This document shows positions 11,088-20,989 of a stretch of DNA of 60,054 bases, one piece after another. Under the pieces are notes generated by a model. That model worked only from the letters and a program-made list of their open reading frames with translations. It was not told the origin of the DNA and ran no database searches. Numbering within the stretch: the stretch's first letter is position 1; the number at the start of each line of letters is the position of its first letter. Source of the stretch: Gemmatimonadales bacterium (lineage in GTDB: Bacteria > Gemmatimonadota > Gemmatimonadetes > Gemmatimonadales > GWC2-71-9). The position numbers were made by a program, and so were the translations under genes. The stretch covers positions 1 through 60,054 of the forward strand of contig JBHEMG010000129.1 in the NCBI GenBank assembly GCA_046262715.1. Reading direction: 5' to 3'.

Positions 11088-11577
11088 GGCGAGCGCGCTC
11101 CTGCACCAGCTCCTCGACCAGCTCCACCGCTCGCTCCACCGCCGCCGCCACGGGCGCGCTGAGACCGATGTATACATCGCTCTCGGGCGGGAACTCCCCG
11201 GGTTCACAGCCGACGATGCGGATCCGTCCGGCGCGTTGGCCGCCAAACGCCACAGCCATTTCCAGCACTTGCGCTGGACCGAATCCGTGCGCGGCGAGAC
11301 CTGACATTGGTTCGGCATTCACCAGCTCGTTCCGGGAGGGCTCGATCACGGTCAGCGTACCCACCGGTTTGCCTCGCGGCATCGCGTCCACCAATATCAC
11401 GTCTTCGAAGCCATCGGCCAGTGCGTATGCCAGATCGAGCGAACGAATGCCGAAATCGGCGATATGCACGTCGGGACGAGGGGGCCGTTGCGCGAGCCGG
11501 CGCACCACCTCCACCCCGAACCCGTCATCGCCCAGAAAGATGTTGCCGATGCCGCCCACCAGAGTGCCGCGGCTCAT
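11080..11577 (-). CDS. Hydrogenase maturation protease
   Basis: GIGNIFLGDDGFGVEVV, DFGIR, LVDA. Confidence 0.93.
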   Translation of the reverse strand: MSRGTLVGGIGNIFLGDDGFGVEVVRRLAQRPPRPDVHIADFGIRSLDLAYALADGFEDVILVDAMPRGKPVGTLTVIEPSRNELVNAEPMSGLAAHGFGPAQVLEMAVAFGGQRAGRIRIVGCEPGEFPPESDVYIGLSAPVAAAVERAVELVEELVQERARRA

Positions 11578-12548
11578 ATCGGCTCGACTTCGTTCGGTCG
11601 CATGAAGAAGCGGTGCCCAAACGCGCCGAGATCCTGACCCGGGTCATCGTTCAAGGTTACCGCGATGTAGGTCCGGCCTTCGTAGTCGCGCTCGATCCCT
11701 CGGACCGTCGCCTCCTTCCCGGCCAGCGCGAGATCGATGATATCCGCGCGGCAGGACGGGTGGAGCCGTACCGCGGCGCCAATTCCCAATGACTCCGTGC
11801 GCTCCAGCAGACGCCGGCCGAGGCCGCCGGCGGCCGCGATTTCCTGTTTTTCGCTGTCCGTGAGCGTCAGGAGTCGCAGCGTGAGCAGCTCGTCGATCTC
11901 GGTGCCGTCGAAGAAATCTCCGGGACTCTCCGGGGCAACCTGAGGATGGTCGTACAGGATGATGGGAGCGGCGAGCACCACGGCGCTCTGGTTGGTCCCG
12001 GGCTGGCCGAGCAACACCGGCCACGTCCCACGACTCTTGCAGCCGTCGGCGAGCTCCCGCACTTCTGGAGGCGGGTCGATCAGCGAGGCGAATTCCCCTC
12101 CCTTGGCCGTGAGAATCAAGTGTGGCGACGCGATTGCGTATGCGAGCGCTTCATCGCGGGTGCGCGAGGCCGCCGCGGGGAAATCGGTTTCGTTCGTGAC
12201 CGTGACGCTCACCTTGCGCACGAGAGGGTCGATGATCGTGGTGGACGCGGCAATGCGTCCCCGAATTGGCGCGAACTCGAAAGACGCCGCATCCGCAACG
12301 TCACGGATCGCGTCGCCCTGGAGAAACCGCAACCGGATGTTGCCGATCGTCGCGTCTGCGCCAAGCAGCAGACACTCGAGCCGCAGCGCCGAATCGTCAC
12401 CGGCGCCATGCGCCTCACAAAAGGAGAGCGGGTACAGGGTTCCGAAGGGATAGCGGTGCTGATTCTTCAAGGCCGACTGCCGATAGGGATACAACAGATG
12501 GCCCTCGTACAACACCGCATCGGCGATTTTGGGCAGGTCTCCGCTCAT
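11574..12548 (-). CDS. Conserved group 1h hydrogenase accessory protein
   Basis: ADAVLYEGHLLYPYR, PIILYDHPQVAPESPGDFFDGTEIDELLTLR, typical of hhy clusters; ATG 12548 overlaps the upstream stop. Confidence 0.8.
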   Translation of the reverse strand: MSGDLPKIADAVLYEGHLLYPYRQSALKNQHRYPFGTLYPLSFCEAHGAGDDSALRLECLLLGADATIGNIRLRFLQGDAIRDVADAASFEFAPIRGRIAASTTIIDPLVRKVSVTVTNETDFPAAASRTRDEALAYAIASPHLILTAKGGEFASLIDPPPEVRELADGCKSRGTWPVLLGQPGTNQSAVVLAAPIILYDHPQVAPESPGDFFDGTEIDELLTLRLLTLTDSEKQEIAAAGGLGRRLLERTESLGIGAAVRLHPSCRADIIDLALAGKEATVRGIERDYEGRTYIAVTLNDDPGQDLGAFGHRFFMRPNEVEPI

Positions 12549-13087
12549 GCGGCGTCCGCCTCGAGCGTCTGGAAGAACTCCGCGATCCCCGCCGCCACTT
12601 CGGGGCCGCCGCCGATTCCCTTCCAGCGGCTCCGCACCATCCCGGCCAGCCGGTAACAGTGGTCGATCGACACGCGGTAATGGACCGGCGCATCGCGCAG
12701 ACGATTTACCAGCCATGCCTCGACGTCGGGCTCGAGATCGCGGAGTGCCGGATGGCCAGCAGTAACGGCGTCCCAGGCGGCCCGATCGACGATTGCGGTG
12801 GTCGGCCCCGCGGGACCGGGGTAGGCGGCGTAGATGTCGCCGCTCGATTGTGGAATCAGGAATGCCAATCCTACCGGGACGCCGAGCGCCGACCATGAGG
12901 CGTCGTCGAGCGTGATTTCGTCGAGGCGCCGCACAGAGGTGCGGATGCGGCGGTAGCGTGCGGCGTCGATCATATCGAACAAGGTGGCGCAGGCGTGGCA
13001 CGCGCAAACAATGGTGTGCCGCTCCCGGTCGAAGAGATGCGGGTGTTCGTCATCGAGCGGCAGCGCACAGAGCTCACAGCGTTCCAT
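12545..13087 (-). CDS. DUF5947-like hydrogenase accessory protein
   Basis: ERCELC, CACHAC, PVGLAF, YPGPAG, IDHCYRLAGMVR.RWKG..GG. Confidence 0.82.
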   Translation of the reverse strand: MERCELCALPLDDEHPHLFDRERHTIVCACHACATLFDMIDAARYRRIRTSVRRLDEITLDDASWSALGVPVGLAFLIPQSSGDIYAAYPGPAGPTTAIVDRAAWDAVTAGHPALRDLEPDVEAWLVNRLRDAPVHYRVSIDHCYRLAGMVRSRWKGIGGGPEVAAGIAEFFQTLEADAA

Positions 13088-13092
13088 CGGCG

Positions 13093-14871
13093 TTACGGCG
13101 ACCCGGGAGGTTGCACTCCGAACATCGGGGCGTACCGCACGAGCAGCTCTTTGCCGTCGCCCAGATACATGTGGACGCCGCAGGGCAGGCAGGGATCAAA
13201 GCTGCGCACCGTGCGCATGATGTCGATCCCTTTGAATGTGTCGCGTCCATTCTCTTCGAACAATGGCGTGTTCTGAATCGCGTCTTCGTATGGGCCCGGC
13301 GTGCCGTACGAATCCCGTGGACTCGCGTTCCAGCACGTCGGCGGATACGGGTGGTAGTTCGCAATGCGTCCCTTTCGAATCACGAGGTGATGCGACAGCA
13401 TGCCGCGCACGGCCTCGTGGAAGCCGCAGCCGATCCCCTCTTCCGGGACCTTGAAGTCGTTCCATACCGCCGTCCGGCCGGCGTGCAGGTCGGCGAACGC
13501 ACGATCCAGGAAGTACAACGCCGCGGCGGCCGCGTACGCCTGGAAATAGCTGCGCGCCCGGTTGCGCTCCAGGGTGTTGTTCCACCGCGGAATCTTCCAC
13601 TCGAACTCGGTGTCCGGGTGGTTCGCCGACTTCGGCAGGCGAATCTTGACGCTCTGTCCGGTCGCCTCGACGTACCCGAAGTTCACGCGCTTCGCGAGCG
13701 CGGTGGTCCAGAATCGCGCAAGAGGACCTCCACCGCTGTCGAGCGCGAGATGGCTCTGACTACGCGGATCGTACCAGCGCGGGGACATGACCCACGTGTA
13801 CTTGCTCTGCAGGTCGCGCTTCTGAGGCCGGGGCGTGGTCGTCTGATTCCAGGGATGGCGCTGATCGATGGGATTCCCGAGCGGGTCCGCTTTGACGAAC
13901 GTTTCGCCCTCCTGCCAATCCTCATAAAACGAGCTGCCGAGCAGAATGCGCAGGCCCACGTTGATCTCGACGAGGTCGGTGGTGATCAGCGCGCCATCCA
14001 CGACGATCCCGGGGGTCACGTACATCTCGCGGCCCCAGTTCGTCATCGTCTCGTAGCGAAAATCGCACGCTTCGGGATTCTGGAAAGAGCCCCAGCAACC
14101 CAGCATAATCCGGCGATTGCCCACGAGCTCGTAGCCGGGCAACGCCTCGTACATGAAGTCAAACAGATCGTCATGGAGTGGGACGACGCGCTTGACGAAG
14201 TCGATGTACCGCATCAGCCTGACCTGATATTCCGTGAACAGCTGCGGGCTCGGGACCGTCCCCACGCCGCCCGGATAGATCGTGGACGGATGCACGTGAC
14301 GTCCGCCCATCAAGCAGTACATCTCGCGCGCGATGCGGCTTTGCGCCAGCGCTTCGAGATAAAACGCTCCGGTGAACGGATTCAGCGCCCGCATGATGTC
14401 GGCGATCGTGCGAAAGCCGTGCACCGCGGCGCCGGGCGCCAACGTTTGCTCGGCTTTCGCCAGCACCGTGGGATTCGTTTCCTTGACCATCTGCTCGCAG
14501 AAGTCCACGCCGACCAGATTGTCCTGGAAAATATTGTGATCGAACATGTACTCGGCGGCCTCGGCGAGATTGATGATCCATTCGCCGAGCAGCGGCGTCT
14601 GCACGCCGAAGGCCATGTTCTGACCGTATACGGCACACGTCGCGTGATTGTCACCACAGATGCCGCAGATGCGGCTAGTGATGAAATGCGCGTCGCGGGG
14701 ATCTTTGCCCCGCATGAACACGCTGTAGCCGCGGAAGATCGAGGAGGTCGCGCGGCATTCGGCGACGTGGCGGTTGGCGAAATCGATGGTGGTGTGGATG
14801 CCGAGACTCCCGACGATGCGCGTAATGGGATCCCACGACATCGCGACGACGTCGCGCGGCGCGCCGGTCAT
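13093..14871 (-). CDS. hhyL: Group 1h [NiFe]-hydrogenase large subunit
   Basis: WDPITRIVG, L1 TSRICGICGDNH, L2 SFDPCLPCGVH plus C-terminal extension; ATG 14871. Confidence 0.95.
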   Translation of the reverse strand: MTGAPRDVVAMSWDPITRIVGSLGIHTTIDFANRHVAECRATSSIFRGYSVFMRGKDPRDAHFITSRICGICGDNHATCAVYGQNMAFGVQTPLLGEWIINLAEAAEYMFDHNIFQDNLVGVDFCEQMVKETNPTVLAKAEQTLAPGAAVHGFRTIADIMRALNPFTGAFYLEALAQSRIAREMYCLMGGRHVHPSTIYPGGVGTVPSPQLFTEYQVRLMRYIDFVKRVVPLHDDLFDFMYEALPGYELVGNRRIMLGCWGSFQNPEACDFRYETMTNWGREMYVTPGIVVDGALITTDLVEINVGLRILLGSSFYEDWQEGETFVKADPLGNPIDQRHPWNQTTTPRPQKRDLQSKYTWVMSPRWYDPRSQSHLALDSGGGPLARFWTTALAKRVNFGYVEATGQSVKIRLPKSANHPDTEFEWKIPRWNNTLERNRARSYFQAYAAAAALYFLDRAFADLHAGRTAVWNDFKVPEEGIGCGFHEAVRGMLSHHLVIRKGRIANYHPYPPTCWNASPRDSYGTPGPYEDAIQNTPLFEENGRDTFKGIDIMRTVRSFDPCLPCGVHMYLGDGKELLVRYAPMFGVQPPGSP

Positions 14872-15863
14872 TTCTTCCCCTCCGGTCCCTGGCGCCAGGG
14901 TGGCTCGGCGTCGAGCGACACGCGCGTGAAGCGGCGCAGCGCCCGCACCATCGTCCCGTACGTCGCCACGGCGGCGGTGGACATGTACGCGCCCGGCGGC
15001 TCGTCCATGAAGCTCATGAACTTGTCCGGGAAGCCGGGCATTGTGCAGCCGATGCAGATGCCGCCGACATTGGGGCAGCCCCCGATCCCATTCATCCAGC
15101 CGCGCTTCGGCACGTTGCACACGACGACTGGTCCCCAGCAGCCCACTTTCACCTGGCACTTGGATGAGTTGTAGTCGCCGGCAAAGTCGGCCTGCTCGTA
15201 ATAGCCGCCGCGATCACAGCCCTCATGCACGGTGAAGCCGAACAGCCAGGTGGGACGCAGCATTTCATCCAGCGGAATCATCGGCGCGCTGCCCGCCGCT
15301 TGACGCAACAGATAGGTGAGAACATCCATGAAATTGTCCGGCTGCACGGGACACCCGGGAATGTTCACGATGGGGATGCCGCCGGCGGAGCGGAATTCAT
15401 GACCCAGGTAGTCGGACAGGCCCATGCAGCCGGTGGGGTTTCCTTTCATGGCGTGGATGCCGCCGTAGGTCGCGCATGTGCCGGCCGCCATCACCGCCCA
15501 CGCCCGCGGCGCCAGCGCGTCGAGCCAGCGCACGGTGGGAATGGGCTGTCCCTGTTCGTCGGTGCCGAACCCGGCCCAGTATCCCTCGGTCTTGTTCGTC
15601 TCGTCGGGAATCGATCCTTCCACCACGAGAATGAACGGGCGCGGGCTTTTTCCTTCGGCCGCCGCCCGAAAATGCCGCAGGAAGTCCTCGGCGTTTGCAG
15701 GACCGAGGACGGGATTGTAGAGCGTGACGTGGGGGAGTCCGGGGATGATGCCCGAGAGCACGTCTTCGATGGAAGGATGCGAGGCTGCCGTCATAGCGAT
15801 CGTGTCGCCATCGCATCCCAACCCCGCCGTGATCCAGAGGACATCGAGGGCCTCAATCGCCAC
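14868..15863 (-). CDS. hhyS: Group 1h [NiFe]-hydrogenase small subunit
   Basis: GLGCDGD, GTCATYGGI, PGCPVQPDN, HEGCDR, GCWGPVVVCN, CIGCTMPGFPD; GTG 15863 after GGAGAG; no Tat signal. Confidence 0.93.
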   Translation of the reverse strand: MAIEALDVLWITAGLGCDGDTIAMTAASHPSIEDVLSGIIPGLPHVTLYNPVLGPANAEDFLRHFRAAAEGKSPRPFILVVEGSIPDETNKTEGYWAGFGTDEQGQPIPTVRWLDALAPRAWAVMAAGTCATYGGIHAMKGNPTGCMGLSDYLGHEFRSAGGIPIVNIPGCPVQPDNFMDVLTYLLRQAAGSAPMIPLDEMLRPTWLFGFTVHEGCDRGGYYEQADFAGDYNSSKCQVKVGCWGPVVVCNVPKRGWMNGIGGCPNVGGICIGCTMPGFPDKFMSFMDEPPGAYMSTAAVATYGTMVRALRRFTRVSLDAEPPWRQGPEGKK

Positions 15864-16254
15864 GTTGTTCTCTCCGTCGCTCGAATTTTCTTGGTGGGTC
15901 ACAGTAGCGCCCGAGCAGGTCGCGCAACGCCGAAAGATCGATCGGCTTCGCAACGTGCTCGGGAAAGTCCTTCAGATCGTCCGGCTTCCACCGCCCGGTG
16001 GTCATGGCGATGACGGGAATGTCGGCGATGCCGGCATCTTTCCGCTGCTCGGTGCGGAATTCCCACCCGGTCATGACGCGCATGCGCAAGTCGAGCAGGA
16101 TCACCGAAGGCCGCAGCCCCCAGTGCAGCCGTTCCAGCGCCTCGCGGCCGTCTCCACACGTCGCGACGTCGTAGCCGTCCGCCGAGAGGAGCGCCGCCAG
16201 CTCATCCCGGATCGTGGCATCGTCCTCGACAATCATGACCTGCTTAGACCTCAT
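15853..16254 (-). CDS. Single-domain response regulator
   Basis: MIVEDD, ILLDLRM, AKP. Confidence 0.88.
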   Translation of the reverse strand: MRSKQVMIVEDDATIRDELAALLSADGYDVATCGDGREALERLHWGLRPSVILLDLRMRVMTGWEFRTEQRKDAGIADIPVIAMTTGRWKPDDLKDFPEHVAKPIDLSALRDLLGRYCDPPRKFERRREQRGD

Positions 16255-16296
16255 CTCTCAAATACACGCGGGGAGCTCGGATTGCACAAGTCAGCG

Positions 16297-17178
16297 CTAG
16301 CCCCCGGCATCGCTCAGGCGCGCCGCCAGGGCCCGGGCGTTTGCAGGGGCATGGGCAAAAGCATCGTTGTCGAAGTATACGTATACGTCCAATCCTTTCT
16401 CCCTCCAGCCCTGTATCCGGTCGGCCCAGTGATCGAGCTCGGTGTTCGAATAACTGCTGGCGTACAACACCGTCGATCCGTGCAGCCGGACATAGACGAA
16501 GTTCGCCGTGACCCGCTCTTCGCTGGGAAACTTTCCCGCCGTATCGGCGATCACCAGGCTACACCCGAATCGTTGTAGCAGGTCGTAGAACTCCTCTGTA
16601 AAAAAAGATGGGTGACGGACCTCGAACGCGTGCCGATAGCGTACGCGCGCCGGAGCGGTGAGCAGCGCGCCGCGTTTGAGACGGCTGTCGTGTTTGCGCG
16701 CCAGCTTCGCGGCGGCGGTGGCGCCCCGTGGCAGCAGCTCGAGGAATTCGGTGATGCGTTCGGGATTGAAGCGGACGATGGCGGGGAGCTGCCAGAGGAA
16801 CGGACCCGTCTTACGTCCCAGCGCGAGTATGCCGCTCGCGTAGAAGTTGGCGAGCGGCACAGCCGACCGGGCAAGCTTGAGGTTGTGAGTGATGAAGCGG
16901 CTGCCTTTGACGGCGAAGATGAAACCGGGCGGCGTTTCCTCCACCCAGCGTCGGTACACCGCGGGAGACTTGAGGCTGTAGAAGGTGCCGTTCAGCTCGA
17001 TCGAGTTGAATTGCCGGCTGGCGTATTCGAGCCAGCGCCGCGCCGCGAGGTCCTGGGGATAAAACGGACCGCGCCAGCGCGGATAATTGTAGCCGCTGAT
17101 CCCGACGTAGACGCTCCCCAAGGGTGAACCAGCCGTTTCGTTCGCCTCAGTGCGCGGAACGGTTTGCATCCGCGTCAT
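16297..17178 (-). CDS. DUF72 family protein
   Basis: VGISGY, WRGPFYP, IELNGTFY, YVRLHG, YVYFDND. Confidence 0.92.
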   Translation of the reverse strand: MTRMQTVPRTEANETAGSPLGSVYVGISGYNYPRWRGPFYPQDLAARRWLEYASRQFNSIELNGTFYSLKSPAVYRRWVEETPPGFIFAVKGSRFITHNLKLARSAVPLANFYASGILALGRKTGPFLWQLPAIVRFNPERITEFLELLPRGATAAAKLARKHDSRLKRGALLTAPARVRYRHAFEVRHPSFFTEEFYDLLQRFGCSLVIADTAGKFPSEERVTANFVYVRLHGSTVLYASSYSNTELDHWADRIQGWREKGLDVYVYFDNDAFAHAPANARALAARLSDAGG

Positions 17179-18484
17179 CGGCTTTCCGAAAGAGCAGCAT
17201 ATAGGCAGGGATGCCGGCCGCGACGATCGCGACGCCCGCTGCGGCCTGGAGCGGATTGTGTCCGCCGAGCAAAACCAGCAGCAGCAGTACCAGCAACAAG
17301 AAGACGACCGGTGTGACCGGATATCCCCAGGTTCGATACGACCCGTCGGGCGATCGGCGCCGAATGCGAAACACTCCGGCCACCGTCAGCCCGACGAACA
17401 ACACGGTGACGAACACGAAATAGGCAATGATCTGATTGAATGTGCCTGATGCAACGAGGACCGCGGCGAGGACCGTCTGGATCGCGATCGCGCGCGCGGG
17501 GGTGCCGAAGCGCGGGTGGAGTGCGGCGACCGGTTTGAAGAAGACGCCATGCTGCGCCATCGCGTAGTAGACGCGCGGCAGCGCCATGAGCAGCCCCAGC
17601 AGGCTGCCTAGCACGGCCACGATCACGATCCAGGCAAATACCTTGCCACCCGCTGGACCGAACAGCAGCTCTCCAGCCTGCGCGGCGAACGTCTCGCCCG
17701 ACGTCACGCGCTCGAGCGGCACCAGATACAGAAAGACAGCGCTCGTGAGGATGTAGATCGCGGTCACGATCCCAACGCCGAGGGCGAGTGCCCTCGGCAC
17801 GGTGCGCGCAGGGTCGCGCGCTTCACCCGCCAGCTTCGGGATCTCCCACCAACCGCCGAAAGCGAAGAACGCGCCGACAAAGGCGCCCGCCAGAGCCCCG
17901 GGCAACGGCTGCGAGCCAGGATGCTGCGCGAGCAGCGGCACGAAGTTCGCCCAGCTGCCGGCCTGCAGCGCGAGCGCGAGCACAATGATCAACGCCAAAG
18001 CGCCGACTTTCAGCGCCGTCAGACCCTGCATCAAGCCGGACCCGAGCTTCACCCCGATAATGTTGACGACGCCGAGCACGGCAATCGAGGAGATGGCAAT
18101 TACCTTGAGCCAGACTCCACCGATTCCTGTGGCATACCCGACATAGCTCGCCAATCCGGCGGCCAGGGCGGCTGTGATGCCCGGATCCATGACCAGCAGA
18201 CACTTCCACCCATACAAGAAAGCGACGCCGGGCCCGTACGCCTCCCGCAGATACACGTAGCCGCCGCCCGCTTCCGGGTATCGCGCCGCCAGCTCGCCAT
18301 AGCAGAGCGCGCCGCTCAACGCCATGGCGCCCATAAGGAGCCAGATGATCAGCAGCCAGAGGGGGGATCCCAGCGAGCGCGCCATGCCGGCGGGCGTGAG
18401 AAAAATACCGATGGCGATGACTTCACCCACCACGAGAGCGGTGACGGCGAGGACACCAAGCTGGCGACGCAGCGTCACAGACAC
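17147..18484 (-). CDS. APC-family amino acid permease
   Basis: About 12 hydrophobic segments, YGELAARYPEAGGGYVYL, HPRFGTP. Confidence 0.9.
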   Translation of the reverse strand: MSVTLRRQLGVLAVTALVVGEVIAIGIFLTPAGMARSLGSPLWLLIIWLLMGAMALSGALCYGELAARYPEAGGGYVYLREAYGPGVAFLYGWKCLLVMDPGITAALAAGLASYVGYATGIGGVWLKVIAISSIAVLGVVNIIGVKLGSGLMQGLTALKVGALALIIVLALALQAGSWANFVPLLAQHPGSQPLPGALAGAFVGAFFAFGGWWEIPKLAGEARDPARTVPRALALGVGIVTAIYILTSAVFLYLVPLERVTSGETFAAQAGELLFGPAGGKVFAWIVIVAVLGSLLGLLMALPRVYYAMAQHGVFFKPVAALHPRFGTPARAIAIQTVLAAVLVASGTFNQIIAYFVFVTVLFVGLTVAGVFRIRRRSPDGSYRTWGYPVTPVVFLLLVLLLLVLLGGHNPLQAAAGVAIVAAGIPAYMLLFRKADDADANRSAH

Positions 18485-18569
18485 GGGAGCCTAAGCTCCG
18501 CCCCCTCCCGCTGACAGGCAAGGTGCCCGCTCCCGCTCGTTCACCGTGATCGGATGTTGGGCCGCGAGA

Positions 18570-18950
18570 TTATTCCCTATCCGGCATGCCGAGGACCTGG
18601 TTGACCACCGCAATGAGCTCTGCGGGAACGAACGGTTTCGGGATCGTGCCGTTCGCTCCCAGCAATTCCACATCGTGCAAGAGATTGATGAGCCCGCTCG
18701 AGTCTGCTCCTGACATCGCAATGACCTTCAGGGTTGGAAACGCCTTCCGCAGCTCCCGCAGGGACTCGATGCCGTCCCGACCGGGCATGAAGATGTCCGT
18801 GATGACGAGATCTTGCAGGCGCTCGGCGATGTACGCCAGCCCGCTGGAACCATCGTCGGCGTCCACGACGACATGCCCGCGTGACTCGAGGACGCGTCGC
18901 GCCATCTCGCGGACGTCGTCATCGTCGTCGATCACCAGGATGCGGGCCAT
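18570..18950 (-). CDS. Single-domain response regulator
   Basis: MARILVIDDD, ITDIFMPGRDG, PKPF. Confidence 0.9.
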   Translation of the reverse strand: MARILVIDDDDDVREMARRVLESRGHVVVDADDGSSGLAYIAERLQDLVITDIFMPGRDGIESLRELRKAFPTLKVIAMSGADSSGLINLLHDVELLGANGTIPKPFVPAELIAVVNQVLGMPDRE

Positions 18951-19145
18951 CAACCTGCTGCTCCCGGCGTCGACGAAACTCACGCGGGCGACGGAGGGGA
19001 GGCGTAGGTAAAGCGATCGACCACGGGGTCGAGTGCGCCCGCCGCACACAACGACCTCCGCCCGGAGCGTACGATGTGCTTTGCGATGTCGCCAGAGCGC
19101 GACGCGCTAGACGTCGCCACACGCATGGCCGACCTGCGAGCCGTA

Positions 19146-19739
19146 CTAGGGGAAGAGGCGATCGTCGGCCCGGGGATTGCGGGCCGGACTACCACAACTG
19201 CAATCGAGACAACCGTGGGTTGCACAGGTGGTGCAACACAGCGCGAGTTGACGGCGCAGCGCCGCATGCGCGCGATGGAGCCGCACGCCCGCGTTGTTGG
19301 CCGTGATCCCTGCCTCGTGCGCGAACGCGGCCACACCGATACCATCGAGATCCAAGCGCTGGATGACCGCGGCATACTCCGGCTTGAGGGTCTTCACGAG
19401 TGACACGACGCAGCCGCAGACTTCGTCGTGAAGCTCCTCATCGATCCCTGGCGCCGAGTTCTCGGACGTCGATGCGATGTAGTCCAACGCCCGCTGCTCC
19501 GCGCCGCTGCGGCGATAATGATCGATCACCGCATTTCGCAGCAGCCGGTAGAACCACGGGATGACGGCGTCTTCATCTCGCACGGTGTCGAGACTATCGA
19601 GGCTGCGCACGAAGGCGTCCTGCAGAATATCCTCCGCCGCTTCCCGCGAACCGACACGGCGCTCGAGAAATGCAAGAAAACGTCGGTGATTCTCCACCAG
19701 CACGTTCAGCACATTCGGAGCCGTGGGACCCGCTGTCAT
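19146..19739 (-). CDS. ECF sigma factor, CorE-like with Cys-rich tail
   Basis: AEDILQDAF region 2, CGC linker, VRLHRA region 4, CCTTCATHGCLDCSC tail. Confidence 0.85.
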   Translation of the reverse strand: MTAGPTAPNVLNVLVENHRRFLAFLERRVGSREAAEDILQDAFVRSLDSLDTVRDEDAVIPWFYRLLRNAVIDHYRRSGAEQRALDYIASTSENSAPGIDEELHDEVCGCVVSLVKTLKPEYAAVIQRLDLDGIGVAAFAHEAGITANNAGVRLHRAHAALRRQLALCCTTCATHGCLDCSCGSPARNPRADDRLFP

Positions 19740-20035
19740 GGATCCCAATGTATCGGGACCCCGTCCGGCCGTTGGGGCACGGGCGGGGCCCGATCTCCCT
19801 GCCTGCATCTGCTTACTCCGCGCAACCACAGCCGCACGGGGAAGTGCAATCGCATCCCGCCTGGCCTGCGCAGCACGTTTCGGTGGGGAATTCGTTGGGC
19901 GTCAGCATTGTTCAGCTCCTGATGAGTGAGGAGTGGATCACGTTTCATACCTGCTGACGGATGATGCCGTGAATCATTACACCTGTACTGACCCGACTTG
20001 CGATGTTCAGGCGATTTGGCGGGGTCCTGCGGAAG

Positions 20036-20318
<283 letters not shown>

Positions 20319-20322
<4 letters not shown>

Positions 20323-20978
20323 GGCTGGCTCTTCAGCAGTTTCAGCAAGTCGTGGCGGCCTTCCTTGGCGGCAAGACCGATTGCGCTCACGCCCTCGTCA
20401 TTCTGCAGCTTGGGATCGGCGCCGCGCGCGAGCAGATAGCTCATCATCTCGACGTTGCCCTGTCGCACCGCCTCATGGAGCGCCGTCCAGCCCTTGTCCT
20501 GCGTCGCGTTCACGGGCGCGCCCGCATCCACAAGAAGCCGTACCGCCTCGACCGAGCGCCCCGCCGCCGCCGCATGCAGCGCCTGCACGCGCATCGGATT
20601 GCGCGCCACCTGCGCCACGTCCGCGCGGCGCGACAGCAACAACGCGACCGTCGCGGGATGGCCGAAGAACGCCGCGAGGCCCAGCGGATAGAATCCGTCG
20701 CTCGAATAGGCGTTGATCAGCGCCGGATCTTGATCCAGCCATTGGGCGACCCGCTCGGTGCGACCCACCGCCGCCGCGTCGAAGATGTCCAGGTCGGGCC
20801 GGGCGGCGAGCAACACCCGCAAGGCGTCCCGCTTGTGATGGTACTGCGCGATAAGCACCGGCGAGTGCCCGCGCTCGTTGCGCACGTTGGCCAGGCCGGG
20901 ATTGTTCTTGAGCAGCGCTTGGAGCTTTGCAGTGTCTCCAGCCCGTACGACGTCGAAGATCTCCTGCGCCGGCTCCAT
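20319..20978 (-). CDS. Ankyrin repeat protein
   Basis: GFYPLGLAAFFG, ALHAAAAG, GWTALHEA repeats. Confidence 0.92.
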
Positions 20979-20989
20979 GCGCGCCTCCC

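Noticed and set aside
8495-15174. Long antisense ORFs (8495-10135, 12958-15174; likewise 45073-46827)
   Set aside because: Shadow frames of well-supported genes in GC-rich DNA
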